64,000 nucleotides of DNA from Ignavibacteriota bacterium (GTDB lineage Bacteria; Bacteroidota; Ignavibacteria; CAWHAG01), in contig CAWHAG010000001.1 in NCBI GenBank assembly GCA_963827285.1, forward strand, positions 51,821-115,820, written 5' to 3'. Below are positions 62,865-64,000 of the stretch, piece after piece. Positions within the stretch are counted from its first letter, which is position 1. Every line of letters begins with the position of its first letter. The notes under the pieces are model-generated. The model was given only the letters and a program-made list of their open reading frames with translations, made no database searches and was not told where the DNA came from. The position numbers and the translations under genes are program-made.

Positions 62865-64000
62865 TCAGAGGTTATCGCCTCGCAACTCCCGTATTCGCTT
62901 TCTTGCCTCAGCCACGTAAATGGAGTTCGGATAATCCTTCAACAGTGCCTCGTACAGCGTAAGCGCCTTCTGCTTGTCCTTCAACTTGAACTGATATGTT
63001 TCGGCAATACTCATCTGTGCCTTGTCCACCCACATACTCTCATGATACTTGTCAATTAACTCTTGATACGCGGTAAGCGCCTGCGCGTATTGTTGCATTT
63101 GATTCTGAAGATCGCCGATCTTCATCAGGGACTCATCAACGAGTGTTGAGGTGGGAAAACTACGCCTGATGTCTTCAAAGATAACGATTGCCTCAGAGAG
63201 TTTTCTCTGACGGATAGAAAGCTCACCTTGGGCAAACTCCTTCAGCGCCGCCTCCGGCATGCGATTATCTTGTACGAACGATTGCAGGGCTAAGGCATCG
63301 TTAGTGTAGTCGGCAGACGGGTTCTTTGTTATCTCATCCAACTTTGACAAGGCATCATCGAACTTCCCCTCAAAGTAATCTATCTCTGCGAGTTTGAACC
63401 TTGCTTTGTCCTTGTACTCGTTGGCAGTTGCTGGCGAACTCAACACGGTCTGGTATTTCTCTCTCGCATCGGTCAGTTTCCCTTGGGCAACGAACACATC
63501 ACCCATTTTGATGGCAGCATCTAGACTAACGTTGCTCTGCAAGGACTGTTTCGGCACTTGTTCAAAGGCTGCCAACGCGCCATGTAGATCAAAGAATCTC
63601 TCAGATTTGATAATCCCTACGCGATACCATGCCTCTGCAAACCATCCTGTAAGGGGGTATTGCCGTGCTAACTCCTCATAGACTGCAATTGCTCCTTGAT
63701 ATCTGGGGATCGCTTCGGTTGCGGGATATTGCGAATGCGAAATTGGCTGTGTCACGGTTGCCTCAACATCCAAACCGGCTTTTAGATTGGCGGATTCTTC
63801 GACTGACCGTGCATAGCCAAACCTGGCATTGGGTAGCATCGGCAGCTTGGGATAGTTATCCACCACTTCCCTGTAAGCCCTGGAAGCAACTTCATACGCC
63901 TTCTCACGAAAAGCACGTTCAGCGAAATTGAATATCTCTGTACCGTTTGACCCACGCAGCTTGTCAATAGCTTCATAGACTGCGTAGGCATCTTCATAAT
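62865..64000 (-). CDS. TPR-repeat protein (BamD/YbgF-like architecture), 5' end beyond the right edge
   Basis: The frame stays open from 63866 up to position 64000 (...YEDAYAVYEAIDKLRGSNGTEIFNFAERAFREKAYEVASRAYREVVDNYPKLP...). TPR-type repeats occur throughout, for example ALTLYEALLKDYPNSIYVAEARKRIRELRG. Confidence 0.7.
   Translation of the reverse strand, partial: YEDAYAVYEAIDKLRGSNGTEIFNFAERAFREKAYEVASRAYREVVDNYPKLPMLPNARFGYARSVEESANLKAGLDVEATVTQPISHSQYPATEAIPRYQGAIAVYEELARQYPLTGWFAEAWYRVGIIKSERFFDLHGALAAFEQVPKQSLQSNVSLDAAIKMGDVFVAQGKLTDAREKYQTVLSSPATANEYKDKARFKLAEIDYFEGKFDDALSKLDEITKNPSADYTNDALALQSFVQDNRMPEAALKEFAQGELSIRQRKLSEAIVIFEDIRRSFPTSTLVDESLMKIGDLQNQMQQYAQALTAYQELIDKYHESMWVDKAQMSIAETYQFKLKDKQKALTLYEALLKDYPNSIYVAEARKRIRELRGDNL

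Overview
This is a 64-kb chromosomal segment. It probably comes from a T9SS-bearing FCB-group bacterium (Ignavibacteria/Chlorobi-like), an inference from the T9SS C-terminal sorting domains, lamin-tail-domain proteins, sigma-54-type regulators and Shine-Dalgarno usage. I can support about 50 protein genes and found no rRNA, tRNA or CRISPR array.

Gene content is mostly housekeeping: purM, cinA, pgsA, pgpA, rpmB, tsaD, mltG, lgt, panB, hypA/hypC, rlmB, an ABC-F ATPase, an acyl-CoA carboxyltransferase and M16/M28 peptidases. Accessory blocks are interleaved:
- (i) 0.7-6.2 kb: a two-gene exopolysaccharide locus with a giant DUF2334/hydrolase-like protein and a processive GT2 synthase.
- (ii) 7.35-13.6 kb: a co-directional block I do not recognise as any named system. 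It holds three tandem paralogous lipoproteins with a ZU5-like domain ending in an H-F-S motif, two paralogous all-TPR proteins, and an NtrC-family AAA+ regulator with a degenerate receiver (Glu for the phospho-Asp) and GAFHEA in place of GAFTGA. This is my best candidate for an undescribed system.
- (iii) 34.5-38.8 kb: a small defence islet with a PLD/helicase N-terminal remnant, an ORF6N gene and a Type IIG restriction-modification enzyme whose C-terminal third is compositionally foreign.
- (iv) 54.8-64.0 kb: a minus-strand envelope block with a TPR protein, a lipoprotein, a TonB-dependent-receptor-like barrel, two M16 peptidases and a secreted protein.

Structure not explained by genes:
- A family of GAA-phased heptanucleotide tandem arrays at six or more loci. 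Two are inverted array pairs and one sits in frame inside tsaD.
- An interlocking-hairpin repeat family (CTGTCCTACC...GGTAGGACAG).
- A GTAGGGGCGATTC hairpin family, including a 32-nt perfect palindrome that contains both stop codons of a convergent gene pair.
- A candidate ~100-nt small RNA with a consensus promoter and an intrinsic terminator.

Four genes carry reading-frame lesions: the EPS giant protein, a DUF59 gene, a T9SS cargo gene and the TonB-dependent receptor. All domain calls come from motif recognition by eye. No searches were run.
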